Source of the DNA: Paraspadella gotoi
Taxonomy: Eukaryota > Animalia > Chaetognatha
Length of the DNA: 64,000 bases
Assembly (NCBI GenBank): GCA_051294375.1
Contig: CM119270.1
Coordinates: 13,284,741-13,348,740, forward strand
Direction: 5' to 3'
Part shown: in pieces, positions 52,518 through 64,000 of the stretch
Layout of the letters: each line of letters starts with the position of its first letter
How positions within the stretch are numbered: position 1 is the stretch's first letter
Program-made: the position numbers and the translations under genes
Notes under the pieces: model-generated
Databases searched by the model: none
What the model was told of the DNA's origin: nothing
What the model saw: only the letters and a program-made list of their open reading frames with translations

Positions 52518-54049
52518 GTCGTTTTCGATATTTCCCCAGGTTTCACTTTGTTGTTGTTCTTACGAGAACCGATACCGTTTTGGTCAAATCGAGAAAATAT
52601 CTGGGAAACGAATCCCAACTTACCTCTTCTTTACTGGGTAAGCAAAATCGAGACTAATATCCAAGCATATCTAAATTATCTATCATTAACGTGGAAAGCA
52701 AAATCGAAACTCTTAAGACGCTGGTTTTTCGAATAGTATCGAAGTCACTATAATCATTTTTAGTAAATCAGAGAATCGTAATATATTCCGTCTTACTCTT
52801 AACCGGTTTCACGTAACATTGGAAGTCCATCTGTCTGCAAATCTATCCGTCTCTTACTACGATACACATTACGTAACCTCTCGGACTTCGAATCGAAACT
52901 AAAATACTCCAGTTGTTACTATAAAATTCGCTTTAGCCACTAAAAGAAAGAAACAAACTTTGAAAGAAAAAAACCTTTCAGCGGCGGAGATGTGATCGCA
53001 TTAGATCCTCGCTGTTGTACAGAAGGCGATAGATCTCTTTCTTCCCTTCTTACTCAATTAAAGAAGTGCACATCAATCCTGAGTTTATCTTCGGAAAAAA
53101 AAAAGTTGTCGGACAAAGATAGTAAAGTTGGGGGTGGGGCTCGAAAAAATGGGGGGAGGGTGGATGAAGGGAAAAAGTTGGGTAGAAAAATGAATTCAAG
53201 TTTTTTATCCTTCTAATGTTTTTTTTCCTCTTTTTTTAAATGAACTTCGCGTAACAGGTAAGTGTAATTAAAATGTTCGTTGGATTTATTTATTGATTTA
53301 TTCATTTATTTCTCTTCAATTGCATTTATTGTTTTATTGATTGATCGATCAATATCTTAAATGACACAGATGATGTCGCTCTCTGTCTCACTCCTCTCTT
53401 TTTCCCTTCTCGTCTCTTTTATTTCTTTTTTTTTCGGCCACTTTTTGTCTCCGCTTCTTCTCCCTCCGTTTCTTTCTTTTTTTCCTTTTCCTCCCTTCCT
53501 TTCTTCGTTTCCCTTTCTTCCTCCTCTTTCTTCCATTCCTCTCTTCCTTCCACCCTTCCCTTTCTTCGTCCTCTTTCTTCCTCCCCCTCCCTCTCTCCTC
53601 TTCCTCTCTTCCCTTTCTTCCCTCCCTCCCCCTCCTCCCCTTTCCTTCCTCCCCTTGCCACCCTTTAATTTTTACTCCCCTTCCCTTCCTCCCTTCCCAC
53701 CTCCCCTCGATTCTCGTCACAAGAAGACCGGAAATGTTTTCCTTTGCAAAAACAACTTTTCTCTCTGGTTCCTGAGGTTGAAGTTGAAAATGCCGAAATC
53801 GGAAGAAGAAGATGAGGAGGAGGAGGTGGTGGTGGTTGTGGAGTAGGATGGTGGGGGGAGTCAAAAGAACCAAACAAAATAGACAATAGAAATAAAAGAG
53901 TAGGAGCAAAAATTTGGAAAGATAAAATGTGTCGCAAAAAAAAAAAAAAAAAAAACCATATAAACAGAGATCTTTAAATAATAAAACCAAAGGTTAGAAA
54001 TCAAAAGAAAATATCGGAATAAAAACAACAAATAAAACATGAATTGGAC

Positions 54050-54050
54050 A

Positions 54051-54143
<93 letters not shown>

Positions 54144-54382
54144 TTTTTAAAAAACTTTTGTGGCGCCCAATGGCGCCCACAACGTGTCACAATATAATTT
54201 TTGATTTGTTAGCTAATCCCCATATTTAACCCCCGCACTTAAAAAACATGAAATTGATCGAACTTGAAACCTTGATATCATGAATATTGGAAAATAAGGA
54301 AGAATATTTCTTACATTTCTCGAGAACGAAAAAACGTAAAATAATTTGGTTGGGAAGAAAGAAAGAAAGAAAGAAAGAAAAA

Positions 54383-54452
<70 letters not shown>
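54050..54452. repeat. Two (GAAA)n tracts (54050-54141, 54355-54452)
   Basis: Direct reading. Confidence 0.93.
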
Positions 54453-54453
<1 letters not shown>

Positions 54454-55353
54454 CGATGTTAAAGATAGCAGCGAAGAAAATTCGGAAAAGGAAAACGAAT
54501 TCGAGGTCGCGATTCTTGATGTTGGTTTTCTTTCTTATTTTGGTTTTTTGTTTAAAAAAAAACACAATTGGTATCGTTTTTTTGTTGTTGTTGTTGTTGT
54601 TTCCAATTTTACGCTCCTTCAACCTCATTCATCGTCGTCGTCGTCTTTGTCGTCGTCGTGCGGAAATGTTCTTGTTTCTGCTATTGTTTTTTTTTCAAAC
54701 GTTCAAAAAAAAACAAAAAACAAAAAAAAACTAGAAAAACTAAAAACAAGAAACAGTGTATTACGAAAAGTGAAATTCATCAGTTTCTGAAAAAAAACTC
54801 GATAAAAACCACCAAATATTGATCTTTGTCGGGTGTCGGTTGTCGGGTGTTGGTTGTTGGGTGTTGGGTGTTGGTTGTTGGTTGTTGGTGGTCGTCAATG
54901 GTTTAAGGCAGATCACCATAATTGAAAAGGCAAAAATGTTAACTTTTTTTCACGGTTTGGTTTTTCGAGGAAATTTTCTTAGGAAATTCGAGAAAATTCT
55001 TCGTTAAAAATTCAGAAGAAGGCAACAAAACTAGCAAGCATCACATTGAATAAGTTTTCTTTCATTCTTCGTAAACAAATCACAACTAATCTGAGATTCT
55101 CCATCGTTTCACGACTCGAATGCGATTCGAACCGTGATAAAAGATTTCCGCATGCGGACGACCGACCAGTGAGCGAAGATCGCGTGAGTAGAGCGTGACT
55201 ACCACGTGAGTAGAGCGTGACTAGTTCGTGACAAGAACACAACTCGCACGTGATTCACGAACCAACTCAGGCCGAACGACGATTTTAATCCTTCTCATTT
55301 TTCATTTTGAAAAAAAAAAAATGCAGGAGCTGAGTACATTCGAAAAAGAAACG

Positions 55354-55434
<81 letters not shown>

Positions 55435-55544
55435 ACAGAGAGAGAGAGAAGAGAGAGAGAAAGAAAAAAGAGAAAGAGAGAGAGAGAGAGAAAACAGGCA
55501 GACAGACAAACAAGGCTTAGAGAGAGAGAGAGAGATGGCCATAA

Positions 55545-55725
55545 AAATGATTGGCTTGTTTTCGACGCATGCGCAGTCGGTTCACCGGAAGTTGCCTTTT
55601 TTTCCCCTGGTTTATATTTTTTTTGGTTTTGGGAGGCAGAGGCTCGCGTCTGTCTGATTGGTCCTTCCCCTTGAATCTTTATTCTGATTGGTCCTTCCCC
55701 TTGAATCTTTATTTTTGCATTGGCT
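55545..55725. promoter_or_regulatory. Promoter-like cluster: inverted CCAAT boxes, NRF-1-like and ETS motifs
   Basis: GATTGG at 55549, ~55655 and ~55686 (the last two in a ~30-bp tandem duplication), ACGCATGCGCA at 55565, ACCGGAAGT at 55584. Confidence 0.5.
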
Positions 55726-55969
55726 TTTTTTTTTTCTCAAATTTCATTTTCTTCCTTTTTATTTTTCTCCTTTTTTTATTCAATTTGCTCTTTCTCAAGG
55801 TTGTTTCCAATTTGTTTACTTCACTCTTTTTGACTTTTTTCTCTTTTTTTTATATTTCTATTTTTTTACTAATTTTTACTCTATTTCGTACTTTGTCTCA
55901 CACTTTATATTTTCCACCATTACTATTTTGTTTCTTTTCCGCTTTTTATGAAATGCTTTTTTTTCCACT

Positions 55970-56185
55970 TCTCCATCATTGTTTCCTCCCTTTCCTTCTC
56001 TCTCTCTCCATCATTCTTTCCTCCCTTTCCTTCTCTCTCTCTCTCCATCATTCTTTCCTCCCTTTCCTTCTCTCTCTCTCTCCATCATTCTTTCCTCCCT
56101 TTCCTTCTCTCTCTCCATCATTATTTCCTCCCTTTCCTTCTCTCTCTCCATCATTCTTTTCTCCCTTTCCTTCTCTCTCTCCATC
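55970..56185. repeat. ~33-39-bp minisatellite (CTCCATCATTCTTTCCTCCCTTTCCTT(CT)n), ~6 units
   Basis: Direct reading. Confidence 0.9.
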
Positions 56186-56342
56186 CCATTCTCCAGGTTT
56201 CTCAGTTTTTGTCCATCGTCTTTTTGAGATCCTCATCTCGAATTCCTCCCGTCTTCTCCTCCTCCTCCTCCTCCTCTTCTTCCTCCTCCTCCCCCTTCCG
56301 TCTTGTCCAATTCCACAGTCAAGCAAAAAAAAAAAAAAGATT

Positions 56343-56387
56343 GCGCTAGAGGGCGGGGAATCCCTTAGGCGGTCGTAGGGGAATCCC
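56343..56387. promoter_or_regulatory. CTCF-like motif overlapping a pair of kappaB-type GGGGAATCCC sites
   Basis: GCGCTAGAGGGCGG at 56343; GGGGAATCCC at 56355 and 56378. Confidence 0.3.
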
Positions 56388-56415
56388 TGAAGCGATTGTC
56401 GGAGAATCCAAGAGG

Positions 56416-56513
56416 CGATTCCATGAAGGGAGGTTCCCGATTCTATGAAGGGACGTTTTCGATTCTATGTAGGGATGTTTTCGATTCTATGTAGGGATGT
56501 TCGCGATTCCATG
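56416..56513. repeat. 22-bp minisatellite (CGATTCTATGTAGGGATGTTTT), ~4.5 units
   Basis: Direct reading. Confidence 0.85.
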
Positions 56514-57349
56514 GTGTTGGGAAGCCGTAAAACAAATGTGTGGGGATCCCGGAGGAAGTTGTCGGTGAATCCCTAAGGCGATTGGTACAAGCCTGTTCAT
56601 GATCTACCATTCGAATTTTGATTTTACTTGATTTTAATATTTTCGCTACTCTTTATTGTTAAGTCATTGGGCTAAGTGAGTCAACGGACGAAGAACTCAA
56701 AATTGACAGACTTAAGGAGTTAACAGTTAAGTATTAAAAAAGGATTAAAAAAGAATTCGAGAGAACCTCGGCCGTGTTTGACGGCCAAGTTTTGCCAAGG
56801 TCAATTTTGATTGAACGATTTCAAAGACTTTAAAAAGACTTCCCCTTTTTTTTCCCTTCTTTTCTTTATTTTCTTTTTTTTTTGGGGGAGAGTCTGGGTT
56901 TTCTTTTCTCTCATTCGCCGGTTTTTTTTTTGAAAGGCGAACGAAACCTACAGAAACCATGATTTATTGTCGATATATAAATACTAATATATTGAAAAAA
57001 AAGAACATGCTTTTTGGTATTAACTGAAGAGTGGCGGCGACCTTAGCTCGACAAGCCAACTAACCGAGACAAGCTGGTTTCCTCGGCGCCCGATGGGCTG
57101 TTTTCAGTTGAATCGGAATGCAGGACACGAACTTCGTCTGATTACTAACAATCTGCCCAAGGCTTGGTCGAGGGGGGTGGGGGGGCGTGGGCAAGGGGGT
57201 GGGGGTGTGAGGAGGGAAGAGTGTGATGTGAGGTTTGGGGTGTGACGAGGTCGTTGTGAAAGTTTTTGGCGAGGTTGACTGCCAATCGGAGATGTTTCTG
57301 CATTCTATCATTCACGTGTTTGAAATTAAATGTTCTGGTTCATTCACTC

Positions 57350-57612
57350 CCCGATCTAATACTTAAGGGAGTCGTCTTTTCATACAATTGAAACATTATA
57401 CCACTTCATTGATAGGGAAGCCAGGTACTCTGGGAGTGAATAAACGAGACTGTGTGAGAGTCTTGATTGAAAACTTGCAGGGACCTGCTATGTCATTATC
57501 TTGTAAGAGTGATGGAGGCCTTAAACCACCAAAGCCTGTCCAAAGTCAGGGGCAAGATAGCTTATTTATTAAATGAATGGGTAATATTTATATTGGTTGT
57601 ACCAATTTCATA
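57350..57612 (+). mobile_element. Longest-type copy of the ~270-bp interspersed repeat
   Basis: Matches 4810-5085 inverted with substitution-type divergence and different flanks, so this is a real dispersed copy. Confidence 0.85.
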
Positions 57613-59545
57613 AAATACCAAAAAAAATAATAATAAAAAAAAACATGCAAATATACTATAAGCTGGACGCATTTGCGATATTCTATTCTTTCCATTAGCA
57701 GAAATCAGGACCGAGATTAACTCGCGTTTAACCGAGAAAATAACTGGAAAAAAAAACTAGAAATGTGATGGTCTGAGTAACTAAAACATGGAAACATCCT
57801 TTTTTTCCTTTGGGAGCGAAGGGAGAGAGAGAGAGAATTGACATAAAAAACACTGGAAGAAAAAGGAGAAAAAAAAAACCGGAAAGGGAGAGAAAGAGGA
57901 GGAAGAGGATGAGTAAGAAGAGAACATGGTTGAGCTCTATAGGGGAGGAGGAGGAGGAGGAGGAGGAGGAGGCGGTTGAATCGTTTTCGGGTCAAAAGAT
58001 TATTAGAGTTTCTTGTCCATGAAACGTCGTCGCTCGTCGTCCGTCGGTTCACGCGGTTCAATCGACTGATTGGGTCAAGTTGGGTCTCCGCGTCGGGTCA
58101 AGTCAGCGGGTCACGCCAGCGGATCGTCGTCTCCCGGTCGTTCGCGGGAGTTTGGGTCAAAGCGGTTCGAGTGTTTTAATTACAGATTGTCTCTCGTGAT
58201 TTGTTTAAGGTCGTTCAGTGAATTGATTCCGAAGGAAGTTAAAACGTTAGAAAAAATATTTCAACGAAATTACTTCAATGTCGATTTCTTAGTAATATTT
58301 ATATTCGAGAGAAGTAATGAACCAAATCTTTGCGATTTGCATCATCGAAAGACAACCTAATGTTTTTTTGGAGTATCTTTCAATTAAGATTCATGAAATA
58401 TTATACCGAGAGTCCGAGAAAATTAATGATAAAGAAATTTGCCTATTCTCCTTTCTTTACTATAATACTACCTTTTGTTTTTCAAAACGATGTCACAAAC
58501 AACAAAGGTGAGTCCTGCCCTCTTTAGTCAAAAAAATTGGAGAAAAAAGAAAAGAACATCGACTTCTGATATTCTTTTTCTAAATAAATGTATAGATATG
58601 ACTGGACTGTTGTCGAAGTGTCTTCCTCTGTATCGTTAAAAAATAAAAGTTTTTACATGAGATGAAACATTGGAAAAATTAAGGAAATAATTGAAACCTC
58701 AACTTATCTTAACTTGATCTTGGATGGATTCGTATCTTTGAGTTAGACGTCTTTTGTTGACTTTCCGTTCCATTTCGCCATCTAACGATTGCGCTGCAAT
58801 ACAGATATTTCTTTTTCAAACAAAAGATCATATTATGTGTTTCATATTAAGGAATTGTTAATACTTAATAGGTAGTAGATAATTGGTAATTAAAAGCTGT
58901 TACTTGCCCGAGGGGCCATTATATTTGTAAAATATTCACTTAAACTCTCTTGCCAGTGTTCGTTACGGATTGGCGATTGCCCTTAATTTTCTTTTCGCTT
59001 AAGATCAGTTCAATCGACACGCGCTCTTTGCAACTATATTCGCACTTCCTTCACATTCACATTTTATTATTATTACTATTTTATGTCATCTTTGCTAAAA
59101 AGATAATTTTTAAAAAGCCATTTTCTAAAATCCATTCCTGTGGATCCAAGTTCCTTTACAAACCTATTGGCCTCAACATCCTTGAAACTTCTTGCACTAG
59201 TACTTCGAACCTTTCTTCTTTCCACCCAGCTCCCCCTTAAAACCTTTTGAGCACAAGATCCGTTCGCGCTCAAAATTACGTCACAACCTGCAAAAGATGA
59301 CGAGGCGAGGGGCGAGCGAGACTGCGTCGAACGACGACGACGACGACGACGACGACGAAGACGACCGTGAAGACGAAGAAAAATATGCGAGGGATTCTTT
59401 CACCAGTAGAAACCACAACGACGACGACAACGACGATAGAACGCAAAGTAGCTCTTAGTCGTCGTCGTCGTCGTCGTTCGTTCCGTTCTCGTTGAAACGT
59501 TTTCAGCGCCATTATGCCAGAAGCCAAGGCGTCGCTAGCGTCGAG

Positions 59546-59584
<39 letters not shown>

Positions 59585-59672
59585 CTCTTCTCTCTCTCTC
59601 TCTTCTCTCTTCTCTCTCTTTCTCTCTCTCTCTCTTCTTCTCTTTCTCTCTCTCTCTCTCTTTCTCTTTCTT

Positions 59673-59754
<82 letters not shown>

Positions 59755-59928
59755 TCTCTCTCTCGCTTTCGCTCGCTCGCTCTCTGTTAAATTTTCTTAC
59801 CAACGAGTGAAGAAACCCGTCGACGGGTTCCTGGGAATCGGTTGGAAAATGGAGGAAAAAGGAGATAGAAAGATCGGAGGAAAGGAGGGGAGAAAAAGAA
59901 AGAAATGAATAAGTATGATAAGAAAAGA

Positions 59929-60125
59929 GTGAGATAGAAAGATGGGAGAAAAGAATGGGAAGAAAACAAAAGTGTGAGAGAAAGATGGGAGAAAAGAATG
60001 GGAAGAAAACAAAAGTGTGAGATAGAAAGATGGGAGAAAAGAATGGGAATAAAACAAAAGTGTGAGATAGTAAGATGGGAGAAAATAATGGGAAGAAAAC
60101 AAAAGTGTGAGATAGAAAGATGAGA
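59929..60125. repeat. 45-bp minisatellite, ~4.4 units
   Basis: GTGAGATAGAAAGATGGGAGAAAAGAATGGGAAGAAAACAAAAGT starts at 59929, 59974, 60017, 60062 and 60107. Confidence 0.93.
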
Positions 60126-60720
60126 GGAAAGGAGATAAAAAATGGAAAATATGGAAGGAGAACGAAAAATGCATAAATGAGATGAAAGAGTTTTACTTAG
60201 CTAATCGTAAGAAAGTATTACTGATGTTGAAAGGTAAAGATTAATTCTTGGCATTGAATAGGAATCCAGGGTTGGAGAATTAGTAGAATGTGGAGAATAG
60301 GTCGGTACGGAGGAGAACGCTGAGGAGAATGAGAGGAAAAAAAGAGAAAACAATGGGTAAGAAGATAAGGAGGCGAATGGGCAGAATAATAAAGTAATGA
60401 AGGAGACTTGTACGCCAAAAAAAAGGGATAATGAAAATATTTTTTTGGTTAAGCTTAAAATAAAGCTTAAAATAAGCATAATAAATCTTAATAGAGGTTA
60501 AAATAGCAGTGAAAAACGGGAATGTTTCTAGTTTTGTTTTATTATCAGTTCACGATCCGTATTCCCTAAAATATCGATGTGTTTTTTCAAATTTTCTAAG
60601 ATTGGTTTCGCTTTGTCTCGTTCATCACGTTTTGCCTTTTCACCCTCCAAAACTAAATTTTCTCTCTCTTTTCCACATCTCGATTCATTTCATTTTCTCA
60701 GCCATTTTCTTCGCCTTATT

Positions 60721-60975
60721 TCACCGCCGTTCAGTCGTTTCCATCTCTGCCTTCTGCGGTGCCATGACTGCCAATGGCGCCATTGATGCTATCGATGCCG
60801 TTGCAACCATTGCCATCGCCATCGGTACCATTGCAGCCATCGGTGTCATTGCTGCCATCTGCGCTAGTGCTCCCATCGGGACCATTGCTGTCATCGGAGA
60901 GCTTGCTAATGGCACCATTGGACGCCCGATTCACTCGCCCGCTTTCCACCTCGAGCAAGATCACATCGCCGCGTC
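60721..60975 (-). CDS. Candidate low-complexity coding exon (G/D/N/S-rich or M/A/P-rich frame)
   Basis: GC-rich 9/18-nt periodic stretch with two open - frames ending at TGA 60731 or 60721. The frame is unresolved and no acceptor is proven. Confidence 0.22.
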
Positions 60976-61041
60976 CTCATTGCCATGCTGACGTCGTTGT
61001 GTCGTTACTTCGTTTTAAGCCTCACGTGAATCTGGTCCTCC

Positions 61042-61148
<107 letters not shown>

Positions 61149-61499
61149 ATTCCTCAGTTTGTCGTCGAAGGATAAGCGACGTCCTTGTCCGAGATTCAGC
61201 GAGCTGCACCGAGCGACGAATGTGGACTCTCTCTCGGTCTGCGTTACGTGTTACTCTTTTTTCCCTTTTGGGAATAAATTTCCATTTTCACTTTTGGAAG
61301 AAGGGTCCGTTTTCATTTTGAAATTAAATCGAAGTTCCATCGAATTGTTGATGTGTAAGATAAGGTAAATTTAAAAAAAAAATAGAACGAATTTGAGACG
61401 ATCAAAGTAGCGGTGATTAGTGGTTCTCTGATTTGAGAGAGGATAACTGAAATGAGGTGATCTTAATTGAGGTAATATTCCGAGATGAGATGATCTCAG

Positions 61500-61648
61500 T
61501 TGAAACGATAACAGATGATGAGAAATATCCAGATCCGAGTAATGAGGAAAAAAGAATCTTTCCCAATTTAATCACATTTGAAACGATAACAGATGATGAT
61601 AAATATCCAGATCCGAGTGATGAGGAAAAAAAGAATCTTTCCCAATTT
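61500..61648. repeat. 78-bp tandem duplication
   Basis: TTGAAACGATAACAGATGATGA..GAATCTTTCCCAATTT starts at 61500 and 61578. Confidence 0.93.
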
Positions 61649-62735
61649 GTGAATATCCCTCTTTTTCCACCAATCGAGAAATTGAGACACGAAAACGCTA
61701 ATTTAGCGTCGATTCAGCGTCGACGCGTCGCCATAACGACGAAAGAAGTCGGCCAATAACATCGTCCTCACTGCGAATCACTGACAGACTATTCACGCGG
61801 CAGCCCCCCGCGAGCCCCGAGCTGCTTCCTCAAGCCGAGTGATCGGTGAAAGTTCTTCGCGATTAAGGGGAGGGCGTGAGGGGGGGGCGCCACGGGAAAC
61901 CTATCTAGAGGGTGACTACGTGAAGTGCGTTAATTGTGATGGTGATGTAGATAGTCGTGGTGATTGAAACTGTCATAAAAAATTTCTGATCGTCACTCGG
62001 TGTAAATACAATAAGCGATTTCATCCAAATCTTATATTTCTTTAAAAAAAAAATATCAAATTTGAATTAAGGAATTTGACAATTTTTCATTCGGACACGA
62101 GTTCGACGATTTCCGTCGAAAATCTCGTTACAAGTGACGCTCGCGTGACTCATAACGCGACGATGATTCATAACGCGAGCACGACGCCTAACGAGAGGGT
62201 AACACGTAACGCCAACATTACACGTAACGCGAGCATGACGCGTAACCTGCACTCGAAGGCTCAACCGAAAAACCCTTCCATTATTTTCTTTTTTTTTCCG
62301 CCCACACTCATCACATTGCTTCCTCCTCCATCTCATCCTCCTCCTCCTCCTTCTCCTCCTCCTCTTCCTCCTCGACTTTCTTCTTCCTCCTCCTCTTCCT
62401 CCTTCGACTCCTTCCCCCCAACCGCGTCACGTCACGGAATCCCCTCCCGTTCTCGGGCGTCGCACACACACAGCGCTATGCAGTCAGTATTTGTGTTTTA
62501 ATATGAATGTTGTCTTCAGTCTCTCTATCTCCATCTTTCTCTCTCTTTCTCTCTCTCTCTCTCACTCACCCGTTTTTTTGCTCACCCAAGAAAAAGAAAC
62601 TCGCCCCCCCGTTTTCTGGGTTCGTTTCCTACCCGTCCATCTCTTCATCCTTAACTCGTCTTCGTGGATTAAACATTTTTTTGTGAACGAAAAAAAAAAC
62701 AAAACAAAAAAACAAAACGAACGTTTCGTGTTTAA

Positions 62736-62772
<37 letters not shown>

Positions 62773-63485
62773 GGTCTCTCTCTGTCTCTTCATCCTGTTT
62801 GTATCATCACCTAAAAAAAGCCGTGTGTTTGTATCTCTCTCTCTATCTCTCTCTTTCTCCAAAGCTTCGAACCGTTAGAAGAAGAAAAAAGTCAAACAAA
62901 AGAAACAAACAGTAAATAAACAGTAAATAAACAAACCCCATTTTTTTCCTTCGTCGTGGTCGTCGTTTTTGTCATCGCTGTTGTCGTCGTCGTCATCATC
63001 ACCTTTTTATGACTATTTTTCTCTCCCCCTCTCATTTCGGTACTTTCGCTTTGACAGCGGGCGTGGGTACTGGAAGTTTTTTATTAAGATACATACAAAG
63101 AAGACTGTATACAATAATATTTTTTCAAGGTACGAACCTTTCTTTTTTTTATTTGTATGTTAGACAGCAAAAAATAGTATTTATGTTCGTTTTTTTCAAA
63201 ATAAAAGCACCTTTTTTCTGTCTACTTATAATTTTTTTAAACCATCGATTTATCAAAAGACAAAGTTATTTCATTTTGTATATCCGCTAATTACTAAACT
63301 TCGAAGCGAAAATACCGACATATGAAAAATAAGAATCAAAAAAGATTAAATTATGCATGACTTCGTTCATTTCACTTCACCTAAAAACTCGGATTTTGCT
63401 CTTTCCAACGAAAACGGATATTACAACCAATCGTAAAACAAACTTCGCTTCTCGAAATTATCGCTTCTCGAAAAAAAAAACATAC

Positions 63486-64000
63486 CGAGTCCGGATTTAC
63501 TCTCCAGATTTTCCGCTTTTGGATTTCCGCTTCTCCCGAGTTCTCCCGCTTGTGCTGAATTTCCGCTGCCGAACTTCCGCTGCCGATCCTCCGCTTTCGG
63601 ACACTCAGCCGCTGCCGACCCTCCAATTGCCGACCCTCCGACTGCCGACCCTCCGACTGCCGACCCTCCCACCGACGACCGTCGGCTCCCGAGCCACCGG
63701 TGCCGACCCATCCGCCGCGCTGACCTTTACCTGGCCGCCCCTTCAATCTCAGATTCTCCCCCAGGAGAACTTCTTTGGATTAATATCTGAGTTCGTCATT
63801 CGAGGACGCGATGGGAGTGGGCGGGATAATCGACGCAGGTAAAGGAGAAGCCAAGGAATATATTAAGATATCCTGTAAGAAAGCATCGATATTGTAGTAA
63901 TGGCTTTGGGTCAATTAATGACGTTCCGAAAAGCAAGTGGCGTCCGACTAATTCCAAGAAGCATCGTCTTAGATCTATTGAGTACATCCATCTGGCATCC
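63486..64000 (-). CDS. Candidate frameshifted host exon running off the window, with a 15-bp (GGSAV) repeat
   Basis: Fragments LTQSHYYNIDAFLQDILIYSLASPLPASIIPPTPIASSNDEL / ILIQRSSPGGESEIEGAA / GGSAVGGSAVGGSAIGGSAAAECPKAEDRQRKFGSG..ESKSGL end at the donor G|GTATGT (~63485). Several frameshifts are needed. Confidence 0.3.

Noticed and set aside
57030-57170. Possible tRNA-derived SINE head (TTAGCTCG..)
   Set aside because: No B box (GTTCGA) at the right spacing and no cloverleaf.
59050-59240. ..CAGCTCCCCC|TTAA as the missing right end of the element starting at 41112/49346
   Set aside because: It does not match the expected GTGCTCCTCCCC and is separated by a gap and unrelated sequence.

Overview
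This is eukaryotic, animal-like (probably arthropod/invertebrate) draft-scaffold DNA. It is AT-rich, not CpG-depleted, saturated with (GA)n, (GAC/GTC)n, (TTTC)n and (TCCA)n microsatellites, and broken by N-gaps. No gene can be named, and nearly all ORFs in the track are microsatellite read-throughs. About 8.5-52.3 kb is a mosaic in which the same ~10 segments recur 2-4 times in direct and inverted orientation. The copies differ by scattered 1-bp indels and are often joined at 25-N gaps, microsatellites or fold-back points, which is best explained by noisy or chimeric long reads used for gap filling. The most unusual object is a single-copy ~4.7-kb island (11783-16441) that lacks long microsatellites and looks densely coding but frameshifted. 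It holds a reconstructable spliced C3HC4 RING gene, an acidic ORF, two ORFs ending in a shared [DE]xxLRKRxxxL motif, twin TTC/GAA-triloop hairpins between convergent genes, and, at its right edge, a TGACGTC-containing repeat array plus a ~165-bp fold-back. It looks like the end of a linear DNA virus or Maverick/Polinton-like element, but no hallmark gene is visible. Also present are a TTAA-flanked GG..CC non-autonomous DNA transposon, a 1.37-kb presence/absence insertion with its empty site, a ~270-bp interspersed repeat family, minisatellites, promoter-like motif clusters and a few weak exon candidates.
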